From an uncultured Candidatus Entotheonella sp. (lineage in GTDB: Bacteria > Tectomicrobia > Entotheonellia > Entotheonellales > Entotheonellaceae): a stretch of 64,000 bases of DNA. The notes under the pieces are model-generated. The model did not search any database, had not been told where the DNA came from, and saw only the letters and a program-made list of their open reading frames with translations. Positions 55,202 to 64,000 of the stretch are shown here, in pieces. The stretch lies in the NCBI GenBank assembly GCA_965217185.1, contig OZ244252.1, positions 2,528,001-2,592,000 of the forward strand, in the 5' to 3' direction. The position numbers were made by a program, and so were the translations under genes. Each line of letters starts with the position of its first letter. Position 1 is the stretch's first letter.

Positions 55202-57067
55202 ATGTACACCTACATCATCCAGCGTCTGCTGATCACCATCCCGCTGCTCCTCGGCCTTACCTTCGTCATTTTCATGATCATTCAGATCGCGCCGGGCGAC
55301 TTTTTCGACCAGTGGGCCTTGCAGCCCGATCTCGACCAGCGGCAGTTGCGCCAGTGGAAACGTGAATTTGGCGCCGACAAAGGCTGGATCGCGCAATACG
55401 TCCGATGGCTGCGCGGCGTTCTGTTTGACGTCCGTTTCGCCAGCGAGCGGGTCCGCATCGGCGATTTTGAATACGACACGTTGGCTGACAACCGCGAGGC
55501 CTACGACATCCAAGGCGACGCCACGCCCGTCCACGTCCGGCTTCGGGACGAAGGGGCCTTCGCCCTGGCCTTCAACTTCGATGCGCCCGGCGACGTGGGC
55601 GTGCTGGGCAAGACGGACAACCCCAACGCGGCCAGCGAGCACCCGAGCAACCACTGGTCCGCGGCGGATTTCCAGGCCCTGGAATTGGAGCTGCGCAACG
55701 ACACGGCGGCCGGTGCGGACGTCTTTTTGCGGGTTCAGGACGAGGACGGCAAGGCGCTGGTCGAGCGGCGCTTCATCGCCACCGATGCACCGGCCTCGAT
55801 CACCCTGTCGGACGCCGATTACGCCCGTTTCAGCGTCAACCGGGAGCGTCTCAAAGGCTTCATGCTGTTCGCGCAACAATACGGCGGCATGCCGGCCGAG
55901 ATGCAAGCCACCTGGTTTACCGGCGACACGCCACTGGCAACCACTCGCCACATCCTCGATCCCAGTAAACGCCAGCCTATTCTGCGCAATCAGTTCCCCG
56001 ACGGCCTGGTCGGTCCTGGCCGCTGCGACCGCGTCGAGTTCACGGTGCTGCCGTCCATGACGCAAGACATGCTCGTGCAAATTGGCTTGCAAGATACCGC
56101 TGACGGTGCCTACGAAACGTCCGTTGCCCTGCCCGCTGACGCCGCCCGTACCGTCTACCTGCAATTTGCCGACCTGCAAGGCGCCGGCGTCGATACCACC
56201 CGCATGGGCGCCATCAGCTTTCGCAGCGACGCGCCCGGCTCCCTGCGGGTGGACGAGATGCGCCTCGTCAAGGCCGGTAGCGGTTTCAGTATCGGCGCGC
56301 CCAATTTCGGCAGGTCTATCGAGAACCGCCAGCCGGTGTGGGCCACCATGTGGCCGTTCCTGAAGAACACCGTGCTGCTGAACGTCTTCGCCATTCTGTT
56401 CACCTGGTTGCTGGCGCTGCCGATCGGCATTTATTCGGCCACCCACCCGTACTCGACAAGCGACAAAATCTTCGGCTTCATGGCTTACATGGGCATGGCC
56501 ATCCCGTCGTTCTTCTTCGCGCTGCTGCTGCTCTACGCCACCACCCTGACGTACGACTTCAGTCCCAGCCACCTGCTGCACGAGTCGTTTCCCATCGGCG
56601 GGCTGACCTCGGCCAACTACTACGAGCTAAGCCGTTGGGAGCGCATGATGGACCTCGCCCACCATCTCGTGCTGCCGGTTGTGGTGCTGGGCACCGGCGC
56701 CATGGCCGGCTTGGTGCGCGTGCTGCGGGCGGAGTTTCTGGACAAGAGCAACATGCCCTTCGTAACCACCGCGCGCGCCAAGGGGTTGTCCAACACGGTG
56801 GTCAACTACAAGCACATCCTGCGCAACGCCATGACGCCGTTCGTGGCTGGGTTCGGCTCCCTGCTGCCCGCCATGATCGGCGGCTCGGCGCTGGTCGAGA
56901 TCATCTTCAGCTACCCCGGCATCGGCCAGCTCATGCTCAAGGCCGTGCGTTCCTACGACATCTACCTGGTGATGGCGAGCTCGCTGGTGAGCGGGCTGCT
57001 GCTGGTCATCGGCAACCTGCTCGCCGACATCCTGCTCGCCTGGGTCGATCCCCGCATTAGTTTTTAG
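55202..57067 (+). CDS. ABC permease (DppB/OppB-like) with a large inserted domain
   Basis: YIIQRLL..APGD; TTARAKGL; VEIIFSYPGIG; DPRI. Confidence 0.9.
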   Translation: MYTYIIQRLLITIPLLLGLTFVIFMIIQIAPGDFFDQWALQPDLDQRQLRQWKREFGADKGWIAQYVRWLRGVLFDVRFASERVRIGDFEYDTLADNREAYDIQGDATPVHVRLRDEGAFALAFNFDAPGDVGVLGKTDNPNAASEHPSNHWSAADFQALELELRNDTAAGADVFLRVQDEDGKALVERRFIATDAPASITLSDADYARFSVNRERLKGFMLFAQQYGGMPAEMQATWFTGDTPLATTRHILDPSKRQPILRNQFPDGLVGPGRCDRVEFTVLPSMTQDMLVQIGLQDTADGAYETSVALPADAARTVYLQFADLQGAGVDTTRMGAISFRSDAPGSLRVDEMRLVKAGSGFSIGAPNFGRSIENRQPVWATMWPFLKNTVLLNVFAILFTWLLALPIGIYSATHPYSTSDKIFGFMAYMGMAIPSFFFALLLLYATTLTYDFSPSHLLHESFPIGGLTSANYYELSRWERMMDLAHHLVLPVVVLGTGAMAGLVRVLRAEFLDKSNMPFVTTARAKGLSNTVVNYKHILRNAMTPFVAGFGSLLPAMIGGSALVEIIFSYPGIGQLMLKAVRSYDIYLVMASSLVSGLLLVIGNLLADILLAWVDPRISF

Positions 57068-57124
57068 TTTTCAGTTTTGAGTGCTGAAAACTAAAAACTC
57101 GAAACTCGGAACTTTATAAGAGCC

Positions 57125-58312
57125 ATGCAACAGGTCGAATCCCACAGCCAAACACGCCCGGCAGAGGCCCCAACCCGGATTACCTCCGGGGACCCGCCTC
57201 TGTCACGTTCGCCGCTGCGCCGTGCCCTGTTTCGGCTGCGCCGCAACCGCTTGGCTATGCTCGGCTTCTGGGTCCTGGTACTGCTTTACGGCAGCGCCCT
57301 GTTCGCCGACTTCCTGGCCCCGTACCACTACGCCAGCAGCGCCCGCAAGAAGGCGTACCACCCGCCGATGATCAACTGGGTACGCATCTCCGACGCTGAC
57401 GGACTGCGCTGGCCCTACATCACCAACAGCGTGTACGAATTCGACGTGAACCAGCGAAAGGTGTACCGCCCGACGCCCGGCGCTGCCTACCCCATCGGCT
57501 TTTTCGTCAAGGGCGATCCCTACCGCCTGTTGGGGCTGTTCGAGACCCGCGTCCACCTGTTCGGCCTGCGCGGTCTGGAAAACGTCGACCCGGACGACCC
57601 GAACCGGCCGATGCTCTTCCTGCTCGGCGCCGACAACTTCGGGCGCGGCGTGCTGTCGCGGCTGCTGTACGGCGGGCGCATCTCGCTGTCCGTGGGGCTG
57701 ATCGGCGTGGCCATCACCTTCGTGCTCGGCATGCTGGTAGGCGGCGCTTCCGGCTACTTCGGCGGGCGCACCGACATCGCCATCCAGCGCCTGTGCGAAA
57801 TGCTCATGCTGATACCGGGCTTCTACCTGCTGCTGTCGCTGCGCGCCGCCATTCCCGCCGATTGGTCGTCGTTTCAGACCTACGTGGCCATCATCGCCAT
57901 CCTCAGCTTCATCGGCTGGGCTGGCTTGGCGCGCACCATCCGCGGCCTGGTGCTGTCTATCGCCTCGATGGATTACGTGACCAGCGCCCGCGCCATGGGC
58001 GTGCCGGACCGCCTCGTCATCGTGCGCCACGTGCTGCCCAACACGCTCTCCTACGCCATCGTCTCGGCCACCATATCCATCCCCGGCTACATCCTGGGCG
58101 AGTCCGGCCTTAGCCTGCTCGGCCTCGGCATCCAGGACCCGGAAGCCTCCTGGGGCAACATGCTGGCGCTGGCGATGGACATTGCGCAGATCAAGTTCCA
58201 CCCGTGGATTCTCATCCCCGGCGCGCTCATTTTCGTCACCGTCATGGCCTTCAATTATCTCGGCGACGGCCTCCGCGACGCCTTCGACCCACGCGGCGTG
58301 CAGGGTAAGTAG
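57125..58312 (+). CDS. ABC permease (DppC/OppC-like)
   Basis: LGADNFGR, RHVLPN, ESGLSLLGLG, GDGLRDAFDP. Confidence 0.93.
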   Translation: MQQVESHSQTRPAEAPTRITSGDPPLSRSPLRRALFRLRRNRLAMLGFWVLVLLYGSALFADFLAPYHYASSARKKAYHPPMINWVRISDADGLRWPYITNSVYEFDVNQRKVYRPTPGAAYPIGFFVKGDPYRLLGLFETRVHLFGLRGLENVDPDDPNRPMLFLLGADNFGRGVLSRLLYGGRISLSVGLIGVAITFVLGMLVGGASGYFGGRTDIAIQRLCEMLMLIPGFYLLLSLRAAIPADWSSFQTYVAIIAILSFIGWAGLARTIRGLVLSIASMDYVTSARAMGVPDRLVIVRHVLPNTLSYAIVSATISIPGYILGESGLSLLGLGIQDPEASWGNMLALAMDIAQIKFHPWILIPGALIFVTVMAFNYLGDGLRDAFDPRGVQGK

Positions 58313-58447
58313 AGGCATGTGGGATAATGCACCTTTGAGGACCTACTCCCTGCGTCGGGCATCGAATTGCGCTATGCTTCCGTTTCCCAAAACGCAACCG
58401 ACAGCGCACCCAGGGCGCGTCCGCATGACCCACAGGAGGATAGCCAA

Positions 58448-58903
58448 ATGAAAGTGTTTTCCGGCATTGAAGAGGCAAAGGAATACGTCGGCAAGGAAGT
58501 CGGCGTCAGCCCGTGGTACGACGTGACGCAGGAGCGCATCAACGCCTTCGCCGACGCCACCGGCGATCACCAGTGGATTCACGTCGACGTGGAACGCGCC
58601 AAGAACGAATCGCCCTTTGGCGGACCGGTGGCGCATGGCTATTTCACGCTGTCCCTGGCACCCAAAATGATGTGGGAAGTGTACAAAATGGAAGGCGTCA
58701 AGATGGGCGTCAACTACGGCGTCAACAAGGTGCGTTTTCCCGCCCCGGTGCCCGCCGGCAGCCGCATCCGCATGCACCTGGAGCTCAAGGAGTTGCAGGA
58801 CATCGAAGGCGGCGCGCAGGCCGTCATGCTGCTGACCTTCGAGCGCGAGGGGCAGGAAAAACCGGTGTGCGTGGCCGAATCGGTATCGCGCTGGTACGTT
58901 TGA
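58448..58903 (+). CDS. MaoC-family dehydratase
   Basis: FADATGDHQWIHVD, AHG, NYGVNKVRF; AGGAGG RBS. Confidence 0.92.
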   Translation: MKVFSGIEEAKEYVGKEVGVSPWYDVTQERINAFADATGDHQWIHVDVERAKNESPFGGPVAHGYFTLSLAPKMMWEVYKMEGVKMGVNYGVNKVRFPAPVPAGSRIRMHLELKELQDIEGGAQAVMLLTFEREGQEKPVCVAESVSRWYV

Positions 58904-58904
58904 G

Positions 58905-61223
58905 ATGACCCCGCCTGACGTTCCCACCACGGCGACTCCGCTGCCCGGCAACGTCGCGGCAGAGCGCGGCTCGCAAGGCCCCGAGGCGGCGCTGATCAAC
59001 AAAATACGCGCCGCCGCCTCCCTCGACGACCTGTTTCTCAAGCTGAAAGAAGACCTGGTCGGTCTGTTCGAGGTCGAACAACTCACGCTCTACGCCATCG
59101 ACCGCGAGAACCGGGAACTGTACTCGCGCTTCCTACTCGATTCCCTGCAAGGCATTCAGGAAATCCGCGTGCCCATCGACGCCACCAGCGTATCGGGCTA
59201 CTGCGCCCGATACGGCAAGACCCTCAACATTGGCGACGTGTATGACGCCGATGAGCTGGCGGCCATCGGCCCGCACCTGACCTTCAACCGCTCGTGGGAC
59301 GAGCGCAGCGGCTTTCGCACCCGGCAGATGCTCGCCGTGCCCATCCTGGTGGACGGCAAATACCTGATGGGCGTGCTGCTGCTCATCAATAAGCGCAATG
59401 GCGGGCGCTTCACCGCTGAAGAGGCGAGCTTCGCGGGCACCATCGCCGAGGCCATCGGCATCGCCATTCGCCAGCACAACACCGCCACCCGGCAGCAAAC
59501 GGCCAGCCAGTTCGATCATTTGCTGGAACAGGCGATCCTCTCGCGTGCCGAACTGGAAAACGCCATGGCCGAGGCGCGCCGCCGCAACTGCGACACGGAA
59601 TCGGTGCTGCTGGACACCTACCAGGTTTCCAAAGCGGATATCGGGCGGGCGCTAAGCCAGCATTACGGCTGCCCATTCGTGGCCTACGACGAGCGGGCGG
59701 CGGTCGATGCCGGCCTGCTGAGAGGGCTGAACGTCGACTACCTGCGGATGAATTACTGGATGCCGCTGCGGCGCGCCGGAGACCACCTCGAGGTGCTGAT
59801 CGACAACCCCAGGGACGCGGCGAAGATCGAGCACATCCGCGGGCTGTTGCCCGGCGCCAGCCTGCGCTGGATGGTGGCGCTGCGGCAGGACATCGCGCGC
59901 TTTCTGCAGCGCGCCAGCAGCCAACAGGGCGGATTCGGCGGCATCGAGGACATCCTGGGCGAGTTGCACGACAGCACGCCGTTGCCGCAGGACGACGAGC
60001 CCGCCGGTGGCCTGCGCGAGGACGACAGCGTCATCGTGCGGCTGGGCAACCAGATCATTTTGGATGCGCACGTGCAGGGGGCGTCGGACATTCACATCGA
60101 GCCGTACGCGGCGCGTCACGACACCGTGGTGCGGCTGCGCATCGACGGGCACTGCCGGGAGTACCAGCGCATTCCGCCGATCTACCGGCGCGCCCTGGTG
60201 TCGCGGCTGAAGATCATGGCGCGCCTCGACATCGCCGAGCGCCGCAAGCCGCAAGATGGCAAAATCCAATTCCGCCTGCCCACCGGACGGGACATCGAAC
60301 TGCGGGTCGCCACGATGCCGGTGGCCAGTGGCGATGAGGACGTGGTGTTGCGCATTCTGACCGCCAGCGAGCCATTGCCGCTGTCGGCCCTGCACATGAC
60401 GCCGCACAATCTGGAGAGATTCGAGACGGCTATCCGCAAGCCTTACGGCCTCGTCCTGGCAGTCGGGCCGACCGGCTCCGGCAAGACCACCACGCTGCAT
60501 GCCGCGCTCGGCGCCATCAACGAACCGTCGCGCAAGATCTGGACGGCGGAGGACCCGGTTGAAATCACCCAATACGGCCTGCGGCAGGTGCAGGTTCAGC
60601 CGCGCATCGGCTTCACCTTCGCGGCTGCCATGCGGTCATTTCTGCGCGCCGACCCGGATATCATCATGGTCGGCGAGATGCGCGACGCCGAGACCGCTCA
60701 CATCGGCATCGAAGCATCGCTGACCGGGCACTTGGTGTTTTCGACGCTGCACACCAACAGCGCCTCGGAAACGGTGACGCGGCTGCTGGACATCGGGCTT
60801 GATCCGTTCAATTTCGCCGACGCGCTGGTGGCGGTGCTGGCGCAGCGGCTGGTGCGCACCCTCTGCCCGGCGTGTAAAGAGGCGTATCAGCCGGACGAGG
60901 CGGCGTGGGCGGCACTGCGGCAGGCGTATGGCGAAGGGGCCTTTGCCGACCTGGATTTGCCAGGTTCGGCGGACGCCACGCTGTACCGCGCCAAGGGCTG
61001 CGAGGTGTGCCAGGGGCTGGGCTACAAAGGCCGCGTGGCGGTGCACGAACTGTTGGTGGCGAGTGATGACATCCGGCACGCCATTCAATCGCGCGCCCGG
61101 GTGACCGAAATTACGACTCTGGCCCGACAGCAGGGCATGACCACCCTGTTGCAGGACGGCGTGCTAAAGGTGTTGGGCGGATTGACGGACCTGACGCAGG
61201 TCAAAGCGGTCGCAGACAGGTAG
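58905..61223 (+). CDS. GAF-domain GspE/PilB-family secretion ATPase
   Basis: N-terminal GAF; ASDIHIEP, GPTGSGKTTT, EDPVE, GEMRD, STLHTN, CxxC pairs. Confidence 0.92.
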   Translation: MTPPDVPTTATPLPGNVAAERGSQGPEAALINKIRAAASLDDLFLKLKEDLVGLFEVEQLTLYAIDRENRELYSRFLLDSLQGIQEIRVPIDATSVSGYCARYGKTLNIGDVYDADELAAIGPHLTFNRSWDERSGFRTRQMLAVPILVDGKYLMGVLLLINKRNGGRFTAEEASFAGTIAEAIGIAIRQHNTATRQQTASQFDHLLEQAILSRAELENAMAEARRRNCDTESVLLDTYQVSKADIGRALSQHYGCPFVAYDERAAVDAGLLRGLNVDYLRMNYWMPLRRAGDHLEVLIDNPRDAAKIEHIRGLLPGASLRWMVALRQDIARFLQRASSQQGGFGGIEDILGELHDSTPLPQDDEPAGGLREDDSVIVRLGNQIILDAHVQGASDIHIEPYAARHDTVVRLRIDGHCREYQRIPPIYRRALVSRLKIMARLDIAERRKPQDGKIQFRLPTGRDIELRVATMPVASGDEDVVLRILTASEPLPLSALHMTPHNLERFETAIRKPYGLVLAVGPTGSGKTTTLHAALGAINEPSRKIWTAEDPVEITQYGLRQVQVQPRIGFTFAAAMRSFLRADPDIIMVGEMRDAETAHIGIEASLTGHLVFSTLHTNSASETVTRLLDIGLDPFNFADALVAVLAQRLVRTLCPACKEAYQPDEAAWAALRQAYGEGAFADLDLPGSADATLYRAKGCEVCQGLGYKGRVAVHELLVASDDIRHAIQSRARVTEITTLARQQGMTTLLQDGVLKVLGGLTDLTQVKAVADR

Positions 61224-61234
61224 GCGGAACCATC

Positions 61235-61843
61235 GTGCCTCGTCTGCAACTCCCGGACGGCTCTCGGTTTACTTACGAAACGGCCGGCGACGGCTTCCCC
61301 CTTATCCTGCTTCCCGGCCCTGAGGGCATCGCCGCCTGGTTGCCCCACATGCCCCTCTTCGGCGAACTCTGTCACACCATCGCTTATGAATTTTGCCAGC
61401 CGCAACCAACCACCGGATACCTACCCGCCCTTCTCGACGCTCTGCGCCTGGAGCGCGTCTACCTGGCCAGCCCTGTTCCCGCCTGGATACCAGCCTTGCA
61501 GTTCGCCCACCATCGTCCCAAAGCTCTCGAAGCCCTCCTCCTCGTGGACCTTCCGGGCCCTGCGGCCAAGGCTCCACCGCTTGATTCCACCCTCGCAACA
61601 CATCTGTCCAGCCTGACCCTGCCGATCTTCATCCTGCTCGCCGACGGCGAGGGGGCCGCCCGTCCCACCGCCGACTGGCTGTCAACCCATCTGCCCCATT
61701 GCCGCACCATCACCATGCCTGTGCATGATCAGCCCGACCTCCCCAAAGCGCCCCATCGGCAGTTCCCGCACCTCGTGTTGCGCTTCCTCCTCGACCGCGA
61801 ACGTCACCGCAATTTCGTCCGAGGCGCGTCGTTTTTGTTGTAG
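61235..61843 (+). CDS. alpha/beta-hydrolase-like protein (degenerate)
   Basis: YETAGDGFPLILLPG start; no clear nucleophile motif. Confidence 0.6.
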   Translation: MPRLQLPDGSRFTYETAGDGFPLILLPGPEGIAAWLPHMPLFGELCHTIAYEFCQPQPTTGYLPALLDALRLERVYLASPVPAWIPALQFAHHRPKALEALLLVDLPGPAAKAPPLDSTLATHLSSLTLPIFILLADGEGAARPTADWLSTHLPHCRTITMPVHDQPDLPKAPHRQFPHLVLRFLLDRERHRNFVRGASFLL

Positions 61844-61877
61844 CAGCGGGTTTGAAACCTATCCCGACAACGTCCCG

Positions 61878-62066
61878 CTATCGACGTCCGCGGATGTGGT
61901 AGAGGTAGTACGCCTGCAGGGCAGCGGCAAGCAGCGGGACGCCGACTCGGAGGCCCATCCCCAAGGGACCGGCTTGCTCGCCGCGCCAGCCAAGGCGAAA
62001 GGCCAGAAGCAGACAGACGACAATGCCGCTGGCGATGAGGATGCGGTGGATTCTCAAGAGCGTCAT
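61878..62066 (-). CDS. small membrane protein
   Basis: Two hydrophobic segments. Confidence 0.55.
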   Translation of the reverse strand: MTLLRIHRILIASGIVVCLLLAFRLGWRGEQAGPLGMGLRVGVPLLAAALQAYYLYHIRGRR

Positions 62067-62135
62067 GTGCGCAACCTCGCATCGGGAAACCAGCAGGTCG
62101 GATTGCGCCTTGCGAATCCGACATTCCACCGCAAG

Positions 62136-63281
62136 TCAGTAGGTGCGGGTAACACGGTAGGGGGTGATTTCGGCGTGGGTGAAGCCGGCCTGGGGCGACA
62201 GGAATTCGACCTGGAGAACGTAGCCCTCGGCGTCACGGGTATAGTTGACGAATCGAAAGCCGGCCGCGGCTTCGCTGTCTGGGATTTGGCGGCGCTTTCT
62301 GCCGTGTTGCGAGATCAATTGACGCAGGCTTTGCCAGTCACGGATCAGGGCCTCATCCGGCGGGACGTTGTCATTATCGACCGTATAACGGCTGATCGCC
62401 TCGCGGATGTTCTGAAAGGACCTTTCCAAGTCCGCGTTGACTACCTGGACCGCTGGCTTCTTAAGCTTCAGACGCTGCGCCAGGCGTTTCCAGAACCGCT
62501 GTTTTTTGGGCTCCGACTGGACGGCCGCGGCGCTGATCTGGGAAGGGGAGCGGAAGGTATCGTTGAATCCCTGCAAGGTGGCGTGGAATTGGGCATCGGA
62601 CAGGAGCCGACCGACGTCCGTCGAGGTTGTCGTGATGACGGGTTCCTGAGGCGGCGATTCCGGCACACCGGTCGCCGGCTGCGAAACCGCAGCGTCGGCT
62701 TGACCAGCCGGTGCGCGCGCCATCTGGCCGCCGGGCAGTTGCCCCAGGCGGGCGAACCTGGCGTCCGCGATCGCGCTGATCAACCATACGTCGACTTCGC
62801 GGATGAGCGTAAACCGCAGCCGCGACTCCTCCATAGGGAAGTTCACCGTGGTCAGATAGGTGTCGATTGCCGTGATGATCTCGTACGGCTCCGCGCCCTG
62901 CTTCGGCAACACTGCCCATTCGTACAGGTGTGCCACGTCGGGCGAGGATCGAATCGCCGTCACGTATACCTGATTCTCGCCGACCGGCGTCGTGCCGGTG
63001 ATGGTGTAGCGGAACGCCTGCACGAACTTCTGGCTGAGGAACAACTCCGCCGTCGCCGTGGGGAGCCCTGCGCCGCCCGTACCAAATAGCCAACTGCCGA
63101 AAATCGATCCGTCCATGTTGGCGCTTTCAAGCGTCAGGGTGCGCGCCTCGGCGAACCGACCCTGCGACAACGCCGCGATGTACTGCTCCACCACTCTGCC
63201 CGGCTCGCTTTGGGCGTGTGCCAGGCTGCTTAACTGCAACAATATCAACGCACCCACGAGCATCCAGTATCTTTGCGACAT
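62136..63281 (-). CDS. hypothetical secreted protein
   Basis: RBS and signal peptide ending AHA; 381-aa frame. Confidence 0.7.
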   Translation of the reverse strand: MSQRYWMLVGALILLQLSSLAHAQSEPGRVVEQYIAALSQGRFAEARTLTLESANMDGSIFGSWLFGTGGAGLPTATAELFLSQKFVQAFRYTITGTTPVGENQVYVTAIRSSPDVAHLYEWAVLPKQGAEPYEIITAIDTYLTTVNFPMEESRLRFTLIREVDVWLISAIADARFARLGQLPGGQMARAPAGQADAAVSQPATGVPESPPQEPVITTTSTDVGRLLSDAQFHATLQGFNDTFRSPSQISAAAVQSEPKKQRFWKRLAQRLKLKKPAVQVVNADLERSFQNIREAISRYTVDNDNVPPDEALIRDWQSLRQLISQHGRKRRQIPDSEAAAGFRFVNYTRDAEGYVLQVEFLSPQAGFTHAEITPYRVTRTY

Positions 63282-63560
63282 CCGTTCTCCGCCTCCCAAA
63301 AGCCGTATCTGTACCAACGATGTGGAATTCTGAATTGTTACCATAACACGACGCTCGAATCACGTCCTTTCGGTTCCGCGCGGCGAGGGAAGCCCAAGTT
63401 GTCTCGCGGGCCTACACAGCTATTTGAATTCGCCCAATCCGGTGTGCTACACTTCCTCGAAATTCCAGGCGAAGCGCACTGTTCATGCCACATACGTGGT
63501 TTCAAGGCGAACCAACCAAAACCCCGCCACATTGTTCGCGCAATGTAAGGAGAAGTTAGG

Positions 63561-63872
63561 ATGATCACCATCACGGAAGCCGCCGCCGAAAAGATCAAGG
63601 AGCTGGCCCCCGATCCTCAACACGCCCTGCGCATGCGGGTTGTTGGGGGTGGCTGCTCGGGCCTGCAATACCAGATGGGCCTCGAAGAGGAACAGAATCC
63701 CGGCGATAAAGTGCTGACCAGCAACGGCATCAAAGTCCTCGTCGACATGAAAAGCGCCCTGTACCTCGCCGGCGCCGAAGTCGATTACATCAACGGCCTG
63801 ATGGAATCCGGTTTCAAAATCACCAATCCCAACGCCAAGACGACGTGCGGCTGCGGACAGTCGTTCCACTAA
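63561..63872 (+). CDS. HesB/IscA-family Fe-S cluster assembly accessory protein
   Basis: GGGCSG and NPNAKTTCGCGQSF. Confidence 0.95.
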   Translation: MITITEAAAEKIKELAPDPQHALRMRVVGGGCSGLQYQMGLEEEQNPGDKVLTSNGIKVLVDMKSALYLAGAEVDYINGLMESGFKITNPNAKTTCGCGQSFH

Positions 63873-63887
63873 CCCGCGCCTGACACC

Positions 63888-63920
63888 AGCCCCCACGAAC
63901 GCCCCGGCGCTCTGGGGGCT
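63888..63920 (+). terminator. hairpin after the IscA-family gene
   Basis: AGCCCCCA...TGGGGGCT. Confidence 0.45.
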
Positions 63921-64000
63921 TCAGCGTTCTTGCCCACTCATCCGACGTTGCCCCTCCCCGCTTTCGGTACCCGTATGGAGAGCACCGCCTATGTTTGACG

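Overview
GC-rich bacterial DNA in two parts. About 1-37 kb is a decayed mobile/accessory island. It holds nested Tn3-family transposons whose 38-bp terminal repeats are each split by a group II intron at the same position, five serine-resolvase genes or relics, several MITEs (IS256-like, IS630-derived, mini-Tn3) and an IS5 element. Cargo includes a toxin-antitoxin pair, a GH15/GT4 pair, a sigma54-type promoter ahead of two Hsp20 genes, and Sel1, J-domain and metalloprotease genes. There is also a cas3 relic, an orphan type I-E CRISPR array, and an LRR/Calx-beta/RTX surface-protein gene with a (GAGCC)n tract that looks like a phase-variation switch. Several cargo genes are bracketed by co-oriented XerC/D dif-like sites, two of them preceded by a conserved 147-bp sequence; this suggests an integron-like cassette system run by Xer recombinases (inference). 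About 37-64 kb is mostly ordinary chromosome: rlmD, uvrC, uvrB, a transketolase-like gene, an M20 peptidase, a Fic gene, a peptide ABC transporter, a GAF-PilB/GspE ATPase and a HesB/IscA gene. Sel1, LRR and RTX proteins hint at a host-associated organism (weak inference). All calls were made by eye from sequence motifs; no database searches were run.
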